DNA of 61,560 bases, filler included, from Choristocarpus tenellus KU-1152 (taxonomy: Eukaryota; Protista; Phaeophyceae): the NCBI GenBank assembly GCA_964200185.2. It is 5 parts of 5 records of this genome, joined end to end, with 100 filler letters (N's around TTAATTAATTAA, not from the genome) between each part and the next. Parts side by side here need not be neighbours in the genome. Positions count along the whole stretch, not along the records: positions 30,615 to 40,262 come from CAXNAD020003507.1; positions 40,363 to 48,444 come from CAXNAD020005180.1; positions 48,545 to 54,486 come from CAXNAD020009356.1; 2 more parts are not named here. The stretch is one strand, 5' to 3'. Below are positions 39,601 to 51,600 of the stretch, piece after piece. Both the position numbers and the translations under genes were made by a program. The notes under the pieces were generated by a model. The model was not told where the DNA came from, did no database searches, and worked only from the letters and a program-made list of their open reading frames with translations. Numbering within the stretch: the first letter of the stretch is position 1; every line of letters begins with the position of its first letter.

Positions 39601-40738
39601 ACCTACAAAGGAAATGTAATTTGTGAATCGTATGATTATGTGGCGGTGTGTTTCACTCAGGCAAGGGTGGTGAAGGTAGTCACCGGGCAAGATGGAACAA
39701 ATGGACCAAGACGAACCATAACCGAGACGACGAGGTTAAGGTTGGACAAGTACAAAAACTGCAAAGAACTGTAGAAAATTCCAGAGAGCCAAAGTATCTT
39801 AGAGGGTAGAGCCGCGTCCATTAGGGGGCCACAATCCAATGTCGTGATTTTGATGTAATTTTGACTATCGTGTTTGTTAGGAAGCATCAATATCCTTATT
39901 CTGGACACACGTTTTTATAATGTATACATTTTACCTACTCGAAATATTTTGGAGTAGGAAAATGTCATAAAAAAAGACATGGGAAGACAAGCCCCCAAAT
40001 GGACAAAGAGGGCAAAACTCGTACCCTCTAAGATACTTTCTCTCTGAAAAGAAATAAATCCAAGCAAACACACTCAAATTTAGTAAGAAACAAACCACTA
40101 AATATAGTCTAAATTTAGCAAAGCCCCCGCATGCCTCCAAAAAGATATTTCTGCTAAGGCTTGGTCAAGGTCTGCGCGTTGCTGATCTGAGCTAACGTGA
40201 ACAAGCCTTATTTGTCCATTTGCTACCAAGTCCCTTAGGAAATGATGCCGTACATCAATGTGNNNNNNNNNNNNNNNNNNNNNNNNNNNNNNNNNNNNNN
40301 NNNNNNTTAATTAATTAANNNNNNNNNNNNNNNNNNNNNNNNNNNNNNNNNNNNNNNNNNNNAGGACATTTTATATACACATATATATGTATATAGTTTT
40401 CATTGGTTTCCCCCTGACACATCTGCAAAATGTCAGAGGGCATAATAATATAATATGATTTGATCATATATATGATTTGATGATATATATTATTTGATGA
40501 TATGATTTTGCATCTATTATTTCCTTTCGTACAACAATACTGGTAGTGGTCAGTGTTGCACTTGGTCCACTCCAGGAAACTTCTTGTCCATCCAGACATG
40601 ATTCTCAACGGATGTGAAGACTCTTGCATCTCTTCTTCGTGAGAGGGGTTGGAAACGCTGCCAATACTCAGGGAAAGGAAGACGACCACTGCTGTCAAGA
40701 GAGTTGCGACCAACAAAAGTCGTACTTCAATAGTGCAC
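30615..40738 (-). CDS. Putative multi-pass membrane protein, GPCR-like (cAMP-receptor-like flavour), partial model
   Basis: Phase-compatible AG/GT exons 40541-40738, 40096-40150, 39389-39436, 37237-37409, 35367-35514 and 34990-35029 read ...RLLLVATLLTAVVVFLSLSIG...KCNTDHYQ|NIFLEACGGFAKFRLYLV|SMCFLLVLDSAFLWYI|TTMYAC...NILRLVALVVVAGASSAWF...HWAR|KCQC...LLAKAVVVIAFVMALSSVPFWNELLVTGGYFWVASTGP|KSITFWNAVRWTI. Distal exons ~31058-31092 and 30615-30704 read GVWLYSAVVHTI|ASYSRWINFSFSVVQTFSGVIMAGVLSFAM. The connecting exon(s) between 31092 and 34990 and the start codon were not resolved. Confidence 0.5.
32351..32428 (-). ncRNA. Candidate intronic pre-miRNA hairpin
   Basis: Perfect 22-bp inverted repeat (ATATTGAGATACCACTGTTCCA / TGGAACAGTGGTATCTCAATAT), extending to 26 bp with a G:U pair only on the minus strand. 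Confidence 0.45.
32644..32891 (+). mobile_element. MITE (~250 bp) with 18-bp TIR AAAGTATCTTAGAGGGTA, copy 1
   Basis: Terminal inverted repeats visible; the internal sequence aligns by eye with copies at 39791-40039 and 59716-59975. Confidence 0.85.
33215..33820 (+). mobile_element. 5'-truncated, decayed RLE-type (CRE/R2-like) non-LTR retrotransposon 3' end
   Basis: Frameshifted translation LLD...NGVAAAAAAAEAQKRTHY...TFVVESFEWLGKQADFFLDELATH...QQILSVT..ALARHVMR fits the restriction-like endonuclease C-terminus (D...K..kY...pfvvEsfGrlG). It ends in a shared 3' UTR ...CCTGACA...AAATGTCAGAGGGCATAAT. Confidence 0.75.
34110..34400 (+). mobile_element. Decayed RTE-clade LINE ORF2 C-terminal fragment
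   Basis: KRVFLFAGLLARIGHESFPKGLTIGDL...(frameshift) EQEKNWWVYLQDDLENFRI resembles the RTE post-RT motif (Rrl.faG.v.Rm...rlPk..l.gel ... k.W...l..Dl..fgi). Confidence 0.7.
38485..38785 (-). mobile_element. RLE-type LINE 3' fragment, inverted copy
   Basis: The reverse complement aligns with 39085-39365 (GAGACACCAGG...CTAGGTTGGAGGCATAGCAGCAATGTACA...ATGTCAGA). Confidence 0.8.
38880..39365 (+). mobile_element. RLE-type LINE 3' fragment, second forward copy (further 3'-tail remnants at ~37860-37890 and ~40395-40450)
   Basis: Colinear similarity to 33365-33820, including the LNTLAVESWG..GKQA coding relic and the CAAAATGTCAGAGGGCATAAT terminus. Confidence 0.8.
39791..40039 (-). mobile_element. MITE copy 2 (inverted relative to copy 1)
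   Basis: Same TIR AAAGTATCTTAGAGGGTA...TACCCTCTAAGATACTTT with a reverse-complemented internal sequence. Confidence 0.85.
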
Positions 40739-40841
40739 CTGTCTCTCCCAGAGATATCGCGAAGGTGGAAATAAAGGAGAAGTAAGAAATCATTTCCGCC
40801 CCAGAAATTGGACCAATACACGATTGTGATCGACAGTTTCG

Positions 40842-43800
40842 ATGTCCGAATTCGTGTCTGATGGCGGGAAAGAATCGCAGCAATCTGCGCGTATAGAGGG
40901 AGAAGATATTGATCACGAGAAGGAGGTAACAGCGCTAGGTACCGTGAACGCCTCGTCGGAGAATGAGACCGAAGAGGAAGGGAAAGTTGAAGAGACCTTG
41001 AAAGAATTCGACAATCTTGTCCCCCATAACGATGGCCATGGACACAACCATGACCACAGTCATTGCCACAACCATGAGGAAGATGAGGTAGGATATGGGA
41101 GGATGGGGTTGACGATGGCAAGCGGTGAAGTTGGAGGATGACCGAATCGAATTTCGAAACCATTCTTGTCCTGCCTCCAGGTGAAGGATTTCCCCGTGGT
41201 AACTCCTGCGGATGTCATCGAGATAGACCCAGACTCTGCTGAACTGTTCATAGTTGGGACGGCGAATGGCTTTCAAAAGATAACAAAGATCGCTGGCCTG
41301 GAAGGCCTCGTGAAACTCAAGGTAATGTACCTCACATGAATCTAATCGTGGATCAGTGTTTGGCTGGAATTATGCACATGCCAGAAAGGGCAGAGCAGCA
41401 GAAAGTATCATACACTTGTGCTAAGGAAACTATGAACTGGCTTAGAACAATAAGCCTCCCGAATAACATTTGAGTACTACTTCAGCGCACACATTGAATA
41501 CTATACACAATTCTGCAAATGTGTGATAAAGATAGTGTGACTCAATGGGTCAAAGTGTGATCGATCTATTTGACTTGCTGTTGAGATATTTGTTTCCTCG
41601 AGGTTGTACTTGACCCTTGCCTTGCCTCCTGTCCCACATGTTTGACCGCCTTCCTCTTTCCTAGACTCTTGTCCAGCCACCCCTCTTTGGACATTGTCAC
41701 GAGGATGTTCCTTGCAGATCCTCACTGCCTTATTTTCACTCCCCTACTGACTCCTCATTTTATATGTACGCCTTCGGGTGACTCTGCTCAACATGCCTGG
41801 TGCATTCAATTCTGCCCCCACCCCCCCTTTCCCCCTCTCCCTTTCCCCTTGAAAACCTGAGTTGCACTAAATCGCACAGAGGGGCATCAAGGCTCTTCCT
41901 GAAGAACCTCTTCTTCCTGACAAACTCTCCCGAGTACATACTACATATTCTCACAAACGCTGACACACACACATGGTTTTGCCCATTGAAATCCTGACTT
42001 TGGGGGGATCTTCTTGACCCTCCCCTCCCCCCCCTTGGGTCATGTGTCTCCACTGAAACATCCTTCAGGAACTAACGCTTCAGTCTTGCTTGGTTTCAAA
42101 GATGGAGGGACTGGAGTCCCTCAGCTCACTACGCAAGCTGTCACTATATGACAACCAAATATTATCGTTGGTTGTGTCTCCCAGCCTGAGGGAGCTGAGG
42201 GTCTTAGACATGTCTTACAACCTTATCAAGAGCACAGCAGCCTTGGTTGCTTGCCCACACCTTGAAGAGGTGAGTGAGTGATGAGCTGAGACCCTGTCTC
42301 ACGTACCTACACCCCGAGTTATGTTATTTGTCATGTACCATAAAGTGCAATCACTTTGCCGTCAACTAGCATTCATTCTATGATGGTATGTAGTTTGGAG
42401 TACCATGTTGGGCAGCTGTGGACAGTAGCTTTGCCTTGACTTTGTACAACAGGAAGGATTTCTCTTAGCTGCAGTTTGTTGTAGCTGCCATGCTCAGTAT
42501 TGATCTTGCAGCACTTGCTGGTGTTAGGTAGGCAGGTTTTGGTATCCCAGATATCAACAGTGTTTCTAGCCTCATGTGGCTTTGTTGTGTTCACATGAAC
42601 ATGTGCTACGCACACAGACCACAAGGATAGTTTTTCTACTAAAGTATTAATGTCTCTGGGTCAGCTAACGTATATCTCTGTAGCATTTGAATCCTTTCAT
42701 TAGTCCTCCCCTGTATTGTAGTTCAGCCGTACCTCACTGTGCATAGTACTGAAATATTATGAAGAGGTTTTGAATGAAAAAAAAAATTGCTTGATGTGTT
42801 GCACTGACTCTCTCTCTCTCAGGGCTTGGCTTCTCACCTCTCCAATTGACATCATTTGTAAAATGCATATCTTCACCTTGACTGAGAGATAAGCACAGCT
42901 AAAGTCTACCCACACGTCTTCCCACCCAACAATATAACAAGAACTGAACCAGCACACCTGTTTCACACGCCCACGCCTGGCTGACGCCTGCTATGTATGC
43001 TCTTGTTGCTGAGATCAACCCCATTCGTGTTTTTTTTGTATTTGGCATGCCTGTCAGTGACCTATCCGTCCTGAGTGACTTCTCAAATGGTAACTGCTGC
43101 CACCTTCCCAGAGGCATTGGCATTTACAATTAAAATTAAATGTTTTGTGTGTGTGTGTGTGTGTTTTTGTCTAGGTGTACGTAGCACAGAACCGACTCCG
43201 TGCCATAGAGGGTTTCGAGGGCATGTCCTCCCTCCGCAAGCTAGATCTGGGTGCAAACAGGATCAGGTGTGTGTGTGTATTGAATATTAATAGGACTTGG
43301 GGAGTGGGGGGGGGGGGGGGGAGGGTTAGGATCAGGCCTCTGATCTCATATTTATTACAACTGTAGTGAAGGCAGTAGGTGTGCTATATTCTGTTCAGGC
43401 GTTTTGAGCTGATGAGCTGGTCTCTTGCCAAGAATGACTGAGGAAGAGACCCAATGTCATGGTGGAGTTAGAAGGGGGGAGGGGGGTTGGTGAACATACC
43501 AGAGTTTTTGAAATAGAAGCATATAGCCCAGCAGGTTGACAACTAATCTGGAAAGTTGCCGCAAACTGCTGACTTGGAAATCAGCGCTTGGCGGCATGAC
43601 GCTATGACATATACCACCGAACAGTACAAGCAATTGTTATGCATATACTATCATCACGACAGTTTTTCGTTAGGCGTACGGTACCTCCTTATACCGCAGG
43701 AACACACCCTCTGTTTGCCTCTTGAAAAAGGAAAGGGAGTATCTTTTCGTTAAGTTTTCTTGGGGCGTTTTTTAGGTGTTAGTCGTGATGCCTTTGAGTG

Positions 43801-46800
43801 AGTGGGGCTATTTTTTTATTTGATCGACTATTGATTGAGGTGAGGTGAGGTGAGATGTTTCCATGGCACAATAGCCGGTGGCGGTCATGCATGTGGTGCG
43901 TGTGAAGTCCTACCTTGGGACAAACGTATCAAAATGAATGAGAAGTCACCCCTTACAGAGGAAGGGCTGAGATGAAACTACTACAATACTAGCAGTAGCA
44001 TAGTAGAAGTAGTAGTGGTAGTGGTAGTGGTAGTAGCAGTAAGAGGCTACTCACAATCTCTTTTTGCTCATTGATCATCAGGTGGTAATGATGTTGTGTC
44101 TATTCATATAGAGCGGACTAGTGTGGGTGCATGCAGTGGCAAGGTATGCACTTGTGAGGAGCGCATACGTCAACTACGGGATAATAATTGTTGATTCTTG
44201 TGGAGATTTGACGTGGAGGGTCCTGTTGTTGTTGCCTAGGTTGTTTGTGTTCTTACAACAGAGGAGAGGGCCTGTTCCTTTTTCGTTTGACAGTTACGAC
44301 TTAGGGTTAGGGTTGCACAAAGAGGTTGCACTTTTTTTTGCAACCATGATTCGCAGGCCAGCCCCCCCCCCCCCCCCCCAAAAAAAGTTTCTTACGCTTC
44401 TATCTTCATTGATTGCAACAAGTGAACCGGGTTGTCTCATACGGACTGTGCCATTGTCCACTACCTGTGCGCTGACTGTTCTGTGGTGCCTCCAAATATG
44501 CTCTGGAGTGTTTGGTGCTGAGAGTGGAAAGAAAGACGCTATTGTATTTTCACAAGTTTCCAGAAACTGGCCCAAGTCGTTGGATAAAAGGGTTTCATGT
44601 GATCAAAGTGAGGCCCCCCCCCTCTCCCACACATGCCCTGTCATCTTTTGCGTCCTATGTGTCTCCTCCTACGTGTCGGCTGATGAGGATAGGTCTATGG
44701 CAGGGCTTGAGTCCTGCACATCACTGGAAGAGCTATGGCTGGGTAAGAACAAGATTTTTGAGATAGCCCACGTGTCTACTCTCACAAACCTCAGGCGATT
44801 GGACGTCCAGAACAACAGGTTAGAATCTTGGGGAGCTTGATGGAATGGACTTGTGTTTGAGATAGAAGAACTTGTTGGAGCTAAGCGTATTGTTTTACGT
44901 GTGTGTCATAGGCGTGTTATTCAGGTTAGGGTTTCGTTCCTGGGTGTGCAATGGCTGTCTGTATGGTTGGGACTACAATGTCGATGTGTAGGATGGTGAG
45001 ATTAAAAGTGTTACGTTACTTCAAGAATTGTTCATTTTGTTAAGTAACAGGAAGACCGGGGGGGCAGGATTGGGAATCATTGTGCTACTAGAATTATATC
45101 GTTCTTAATTGAATACAAGGACGCAGGCATATATCGATAGATAAATTTTGTGAGATCAATAAAAGTAGTCAGAAAAATCTAAATACGTTGTACTCTGTGG
45201 CATTATGTTCACTGTGTAATAGCATAATCGTTACAACCACAACAGTATTCTTTTTGTTTCACACAAACAAAGATTACATGTAGTGTTCCTGAGGACCGGA
45301 AATGTCGAGTTCTATAAGTTCCCTCTCCAGCCCCCCCCACCCACCCCCCTCCCCCCCCCCACCCCCTCCACCCCCCCCCCACCCACCCCCCTCTTGATAC
45401 CAGGTAGAATTTTCCGCTCCGCCTACCAAGGCCTGTCCTTGTTTTCAATAATATTATCTGAAAACTACTTCCTCTGTTTTGGTGCATCAGATTGAACAGT
45501 TTTTGGGGCAGGCTATTATAATATCTATGTGTTTTGTGGAGGACTTGTAAAATCTCAGCAAATTCCAACTAGGTCTACTTGTTCTGCACCACCCCCATCG
45601 TAAAATCACCTTCCTGGTGTGGTATTTTTCTGCCCCTCTAGCTGATTGAACTGATGCTTAGATAGAGTGGAGATACAATTTTTGCTGCCTTGTTTTTTTT
45701 TACATGACCGTACCTTTTTTTTTGTACCCATCCTGTTGGGGGGGGGGGTTGTGTAACATGTGTTGATGAAGTATGGGTGCTAAAAAGAAATAATATATTT
45801 CGTGTCAAAACTTTGTGTGTGTGTGTGTGTGTGTGTGTTTGTTGGTCACAGGTTGTCAGCTATCAAAGGCTTGGAGGGATTGACTGAGCTCAGGGAGCTA
45901 TATCTCGCACACAATGTGATAGAGATGGGTGCAGGGCTTGAGACACAAGTGAGGTTGATTTGATTCCTTTTTTGACGTGTTTTTTGTTCTTTTTGTTTAT
46001 TCTGTAGGTTTGAGGTCGCAACTCTATGGTGGGTGGTGTGCATAGGGTTGTTGTGTGTTGGGATTTATTCATATCTGTGGAGCATTCTACCTTTTTTTTT
46101 CAGGGGTAGTTAGTTTGTGTAATCGTTTGTTGCTTGCAAAAAAAATAACAGAGAGAGAGAAGCAAGGGTCACTACACGCACTCTTCTTTTTATGGCATGT
46201 TTTGAATTTTGTTTTTTTATATTATTCTCTTTTTTTATGGCACACACACGCCCCCTCTCTTTCATTGTACTGCCGGTGCTCACTGAGGTGCCCAAACATT
46301 ATAGTAGTATTTTTAGTATTAGTCTTTTTTTTGCTTCATTATAAATTTTGTAGGACCTACAGTGTCCCAAAAGATCTAAGGTGTGTATGTACTGAATGAC
46401 ATCTAGCATGGGGCAGTCAAAAGCCTGACCTTGATTGAGAGCTACTCCTTTTCAAATAGGGTGCACTAAGTCATATATGGTGTATCCCGAGCTGATCCTG
46501 TTGATACTATAAATGCTGTGTGTGTGTGTGTGTGTGATTGACTTAACTACTGCATGATCTTGTAAGGGATTACTGGATGAAATACTAACTACACTGGAGC
46601 GCTTCTAGGCGAGGCATGTGTTTATTGTTTTTTCCATACTAAGAAGTCTCTTGATTTTTGCTGGTTGTTTTCTGATGCCACATATGTTGAATACCCACTT
46701 CCTGTATCGGTTTGCTTTTACGGTGGTGTGTTCGATGGACGGACGGACGGGCGGATGGGTGTTAGGTGAACCTTGACACTCTAGACCTGTCTCGGAATAA

Positions 46801-48069
46801 GCTCCGAGACTTTACAGGCCTGCATCTTCTGACTGAGCTCACTGATCTTTGGGTGAGAGTATGAGTCAGCAACAAGGAACAGATTTCGGTGATGGGTAGG
46901 AAATGAAACAAACTAAAAAGTAAAAATCTTTAACTTTTGGGGCTGTTCTTATCGACAAGATAGAAATTGACATATTTGAAAACAGTGAACTAGAATGTTG
47001 CTTTTTTCACTTGACATTTTAGGAAGTGATATATATATATATATGTGTATTATATATTATATATTCATTGCAAAGCGGTGAAAATTACAACAAAACAATC
47101 AATGTGTGAGAGGCCCTTGCCGGAGGGTAGGTAAGGAGGAAAGACTCTTACTAATTAAAAAATGAAATTGTTTTACTGCTGGAGAGTGGTGCAGTGTGTA
47201 TGTGTATGCTGTAGCATAGGGAAAAGTGCCCCGTGTGCATTGAGAATCCTTGCCTTATTAAATATGTACTGGGGTTTTTTTTTAAGGATCTATGAAGGTA
47301 ATATATAATTTACGTACTTTTTGTTTTATTGAAATTACCAAATCAAGACTGAGAGCAATTCTAACCACCAGGACTCCAGTGCATGACATACTCTATATAT
47401 TGTGTAAATATTTGTGTGGTACACGCGTCAGCGTGTAAACGCACGTACCGGCACACTGATCCCGAAACCGTTTACAATTATTGAGCTCCAAGTAACCCCT
47501 CTTCTCCCCCTCCATCAGATGAGTGGCAACATGGTGAGTTCGTTTGATGCCCTGGACATGTTACAGGAGTTGAAGAAGTTGACCTGCCTGTACTTGGAAC
47601 ATAATCCCATCTACAAGTGAGAGCACAATCGAGACCCTACAGACAGAAGGCCTTTTGCCTTCTTCTTCTTCTTTCTTTGAAATAGAAGAGTAATGTTGTT
47701 TTCGGAAATATTGGAACGAGGTTCAAAAATTATGTTCTATACCAGACTCGTTATAGTCAAGCCTCAGTGGGAGCAAGAGGCTCTGTGTCTCATTATGATC
47801 CAATATTCCTTAATTTTGATTAAGTTTCTTGAGTTAAGTGTTTTTCAATACTGTATTGCAGGGCTCCCTGTGCGCAGCACCTTGCCTTTAACTTCATTTC
47901 CCCTCTTCCTCCCCTCCCCCCCAACCCTACATCCACATTGTTCTGCGTGCACAACTGAAATTGGGTCTACATGGGCACCAACCTCATCAGAGACTATGAG
48001 TACCGCAAGACGCTTGCTAAAAAGTTGCCAACCCTGACTCAGATTGATGCTACTGGGGTTACTCGGTAA
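40842..48069 (+). CDS. PPP1R7: Protein phosphatase 1 regulatory subunit 7 (SDS22), LRR protein, complete, 9 exons, ~388 aa
   Basis: Exons 40842-41087, 41181-41321, 42069-42269, 43175-43266, 44693-44818, 45852-45948, 46766-46852, 47519-47616 and 47991-48069 are in frame. SDS22 LRRs: LSLYDNQI, LDMSYNLI, LDLGANRIR, LEELWLGKNKI, LDVQNNRL, ELYLAHNVI. LRR cap: YLEHNPIYKDYEYRKTLAKKLPTLTQIDAT. Confidence 0.93.
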
Positions 48070-48662
48070 TCACAACAAGAGACTTCCCACCCCATGAACT
48101 TCATCCTCACTCTGCACCAGCCAGTGCTCCTATTTGTACTGTGCCTCGAAGATCATTTTTGGGGTTGGGGATTGTTTCTGGTCCCAGCAGGAGTATCTCA
48201 TGTACTGGCACTGAGAACTACCTCAGAGCTTGTGCAGCGTCTTGTACATGACCTCTGGGGAACGTATTGGCAAGCTTGTGACGTCTCAGTTTCAATTGCC
48301 AGAAATGTAAATACCCTTGTGGTTTTGTCTGTGGTACAGCATGACTGTGAGAGAAACCACTGATGGTGTGAAGGGCCTAGGTTGTGCCCTGAGCTGTGTG
48401 CCTCATACCAACTCCCTGCCTCCCCCCATATGTAGTTGGTAATANNNNNNNNNNNNNNNNNNNNNNNNNNNNNNNNNNNNNNNNNNNNTTAATTAATTAA
48501 NNNNNNNNNNNNNNNNNNNNNNNNNNNNNNNNNNNNNNNNNNNNGGCATAAAAAAATTTGAACAAATAATAACCACTACCACTAATGACGCCGGGCAGGG
48601 GTAGGGGCTTGGTTGGTGTAGGAGGGGGAGAAGGGATGGGGTGTTCAATGACGTGCATTCAC

Positions 48663-51600
48663 CTATCATCCAGTAGGTCAACCAGAGTCTGCATGCCTGC
48701 TGGGTACCCAACAATCTGGGTGCAGACGCCTTCCCTATCTGCCTCAACAAGAATCGCCAGAAGTGCCTGAAAAAAAAAGAACATGTGTATACACACATAT
48801 GTATATACATAGGTATGTATGTAGGGAGTTTGATACTAGGTGCTTGGAAATAGCGGTCAATCATTTCCTGCGGTTCAAGTCAATCATTCGATTGCACTGG
48901 TCACAACGAAAACCAACCCTAACAGCAAATATACCCACTCCAAATAAAAAACATAATAAAAATAAAAATGCTAGTAGTATACTACTACAGTAAATCAGTA
49001 ACACGACAATAACGATAAGATTGAGAGACGCACGAGATCCACCACATAGAGAAGAAAAAAAAAGAAGATATTCTAATGCGCACCAACAACAAATTTAAAA
49101 AAAAACAAAAAAAAACAAGATGAGTAGGACTTGCATTACAATTTTTTCGAAAAACCTGTGTACCCCACTCCAGCCCCCTTTTAACCTCACCAACAATAAC
49201 TCACTCCTCCACAATCAATATTTCCTAACCCTAACCCTAACCCTATATCTATATATACACAAACAACATTTCCTAACCCTAACCCTAGCCCTAACCATAA
49301 ATCTATATATATGTATGTGTGTGTGTACATACTGAGTGTCAAATGTATTTTTATTTTTTTCCTTGCAGGCTTTGTTCGGCTGTTGGTCGTTCGTGCATGC
49401 CTGCTGTCTGGTGAGTTGTGTGTGGACCACCACAGCACTGAAAAAATGAAACGGAAAAAAGGACCCAGCAACAACAGAGTGCTGAGACACAGACTACAAT
49501 TTTGATCAGGGCGCTTGTCCTTAGCACTACATAATACATACATATACTCACACAAGCACATACACATGTGAAAATATGCCCATGATTGCACGATCAAAAC
49601 GGGGCGTGGCAATGTCACTGTTATAAAATATGCTCGGCGTTTGCAGCAAGGTGAGCGAAAAAAAAAAACTCATTTTTTTCCTTGTTCCACTCTGCTAAAC
49701 ATGCTTCTTGATTTATTTTTTTGCATAGTGTACCCCCCCCCCCCCCGCTTTTTTTATTGCTGCCACGTTACACAAGAATACAAGGGGGAGAGATTTATTT
49801 TTTTACATTGAAAGCTTTACAACAATGAACTAATGAACATATCAATCAATCAATGCCTCATTTCTTGCAGCAGAAAAGTACAGAAACACAGGAAAGACAT
49901 CCATAATTTCTCTCGCACTTCCTCCAGGGAGTGGGGGTGGGGGGTGGGGGGGGGGGGGGGGGGGGCTGAAAGGTAAGGAATGCATTAAACAGAGATTGGA
50001 GGGGGGTCGGGGAGGGAAGGGGTGGGAATTCTGGGGNNNNNNNNNNATAATACACTCATTCTATCATACAAGAAGCAATAGAAAACAAACGAAGATAGCT
50101 TATTGTGGGTGCGGTCGGCTCGCGCGGGGGGGGGGGGGGGGGGGTGGGGGGGGGGGGGGGGGGGGGAGGGGACTGAAAGGTAAAGCATGCATTACACAGC
50201 CTTCTACAACCACAAAACGCACAATGATGTCATATCTACTCACAAGTGTGTCCATTCGGGTGAGCTCAAACCTCGGTCTCAGAAGGGGCACCAGTGCGCC
50301 TGCAGCCTTGGCCTTAACCATCTCCTCAGCCATTGCTAGCCCCTGACGTTTACATATACATACAATATATACAATATAATACATACACAATTGGGAGCGG
50401 GGGGAGGGGGGGGAATATTCTCTCTGGCGCATTTTTATTTCTCATCTATTTGTACACTTTTTTTATTGTTGCATACTGAAAGCCAGTGTAACCTAACAGG
50501 TCCAAAAGCCAACAGACTAGTGACAGTGACAGTGACAGTGCACTCGCTCCCCAGTACTTTTGTAATAACACTGAGAATTAAAATAAAAATTCCTGGGAAA
50601 AAAATAAAAATACTGTATAATTTGAATGAAAAGAAAAGAAAAAAACTGAGCAGTACCACCGGCAGCACACGTCATGAGTTTGTAACCCTAACCCTTAGTT
50701 TGTACCTGTCCATCCACCAGTCTAAGGCCGCACCCCACACAGGCGTTGGCAAAGAAGGGGTCGAAATCGGCCGCCTCCCTCATGGTGTTCACCAGAGAAC
50801 CTACAGAAGAACAAGAAGATCGACATCAAAGATGTACAATCTATTCCTCGAAAAAATAATAATATTGGCATCAAAAGTGTACGATCTATTCCTCAAAAAA
50901 ATAGTAATATTGGCATCAAAAGTGTACGATCTATTCCTCAAAAAAATAATAATATTGGCATCAAAAGTGTACGATCTATTCCTCAAAAAAATAATAATAT
51001 TGGCAACAAAAGTGTACGATCTATTCCTCAAAAAAATAATAATATTGGCAACAAAAGTGTACGATCTATTCCTCAAAAAAATAATAATACTGGCAACAAA
51101 AGTGTACGATCTATTCCTCAAAAAGTGTTGAAGAACTAGCTGCGCTGATGTGTATGCATTTATATATATTTATATATGTCACATTAATAAATGCATTTAT
51201 GTAGGTACACATCCTTGTGAGTCCACATTCAGTTTCCCAGGGACAAAACAATAGTACCTGATACTCCTACGATGATGATGATGATGATGATACCAATCCT
51301 ATTATTCTGCTGGAAGGATCCAAAATTGAGAGAACAAAAAAGTAGAACATACCATTTGCTGACTGTAAAGTGAAAAAATGATAACTGACAAGTAAAATCA
51401 AGAGAGTCACATGTCCAAAATGCCAAGGAAAACATAAATCGAGATTATACATTCAGAATATACTACGCAAACATAAATTTATTTTTACACTCAGAATATA
51501 TAAATATATGTGAACACTTAATTTAACACAATATAATATAATATAATATGATATAAATATAAATATAAATATTAGCCCATTACTATGTCAGTTTTTCTGT

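Noticed and set aside
50126-50170. Long poly-G/C runs giving poly-Pro/Gly ORFs
   Set aside because: Intronic homopolymers near gaps and contig ends; their lengths are unreliable and they are non-coding.
50825-51124. CRISPR-like appearance of the 44-45-bp repeats (also 57391-57602)
   Set aside because: The units are contiguous with no unique spacers, there are no cas genes, and the context is eukaryotic introns.
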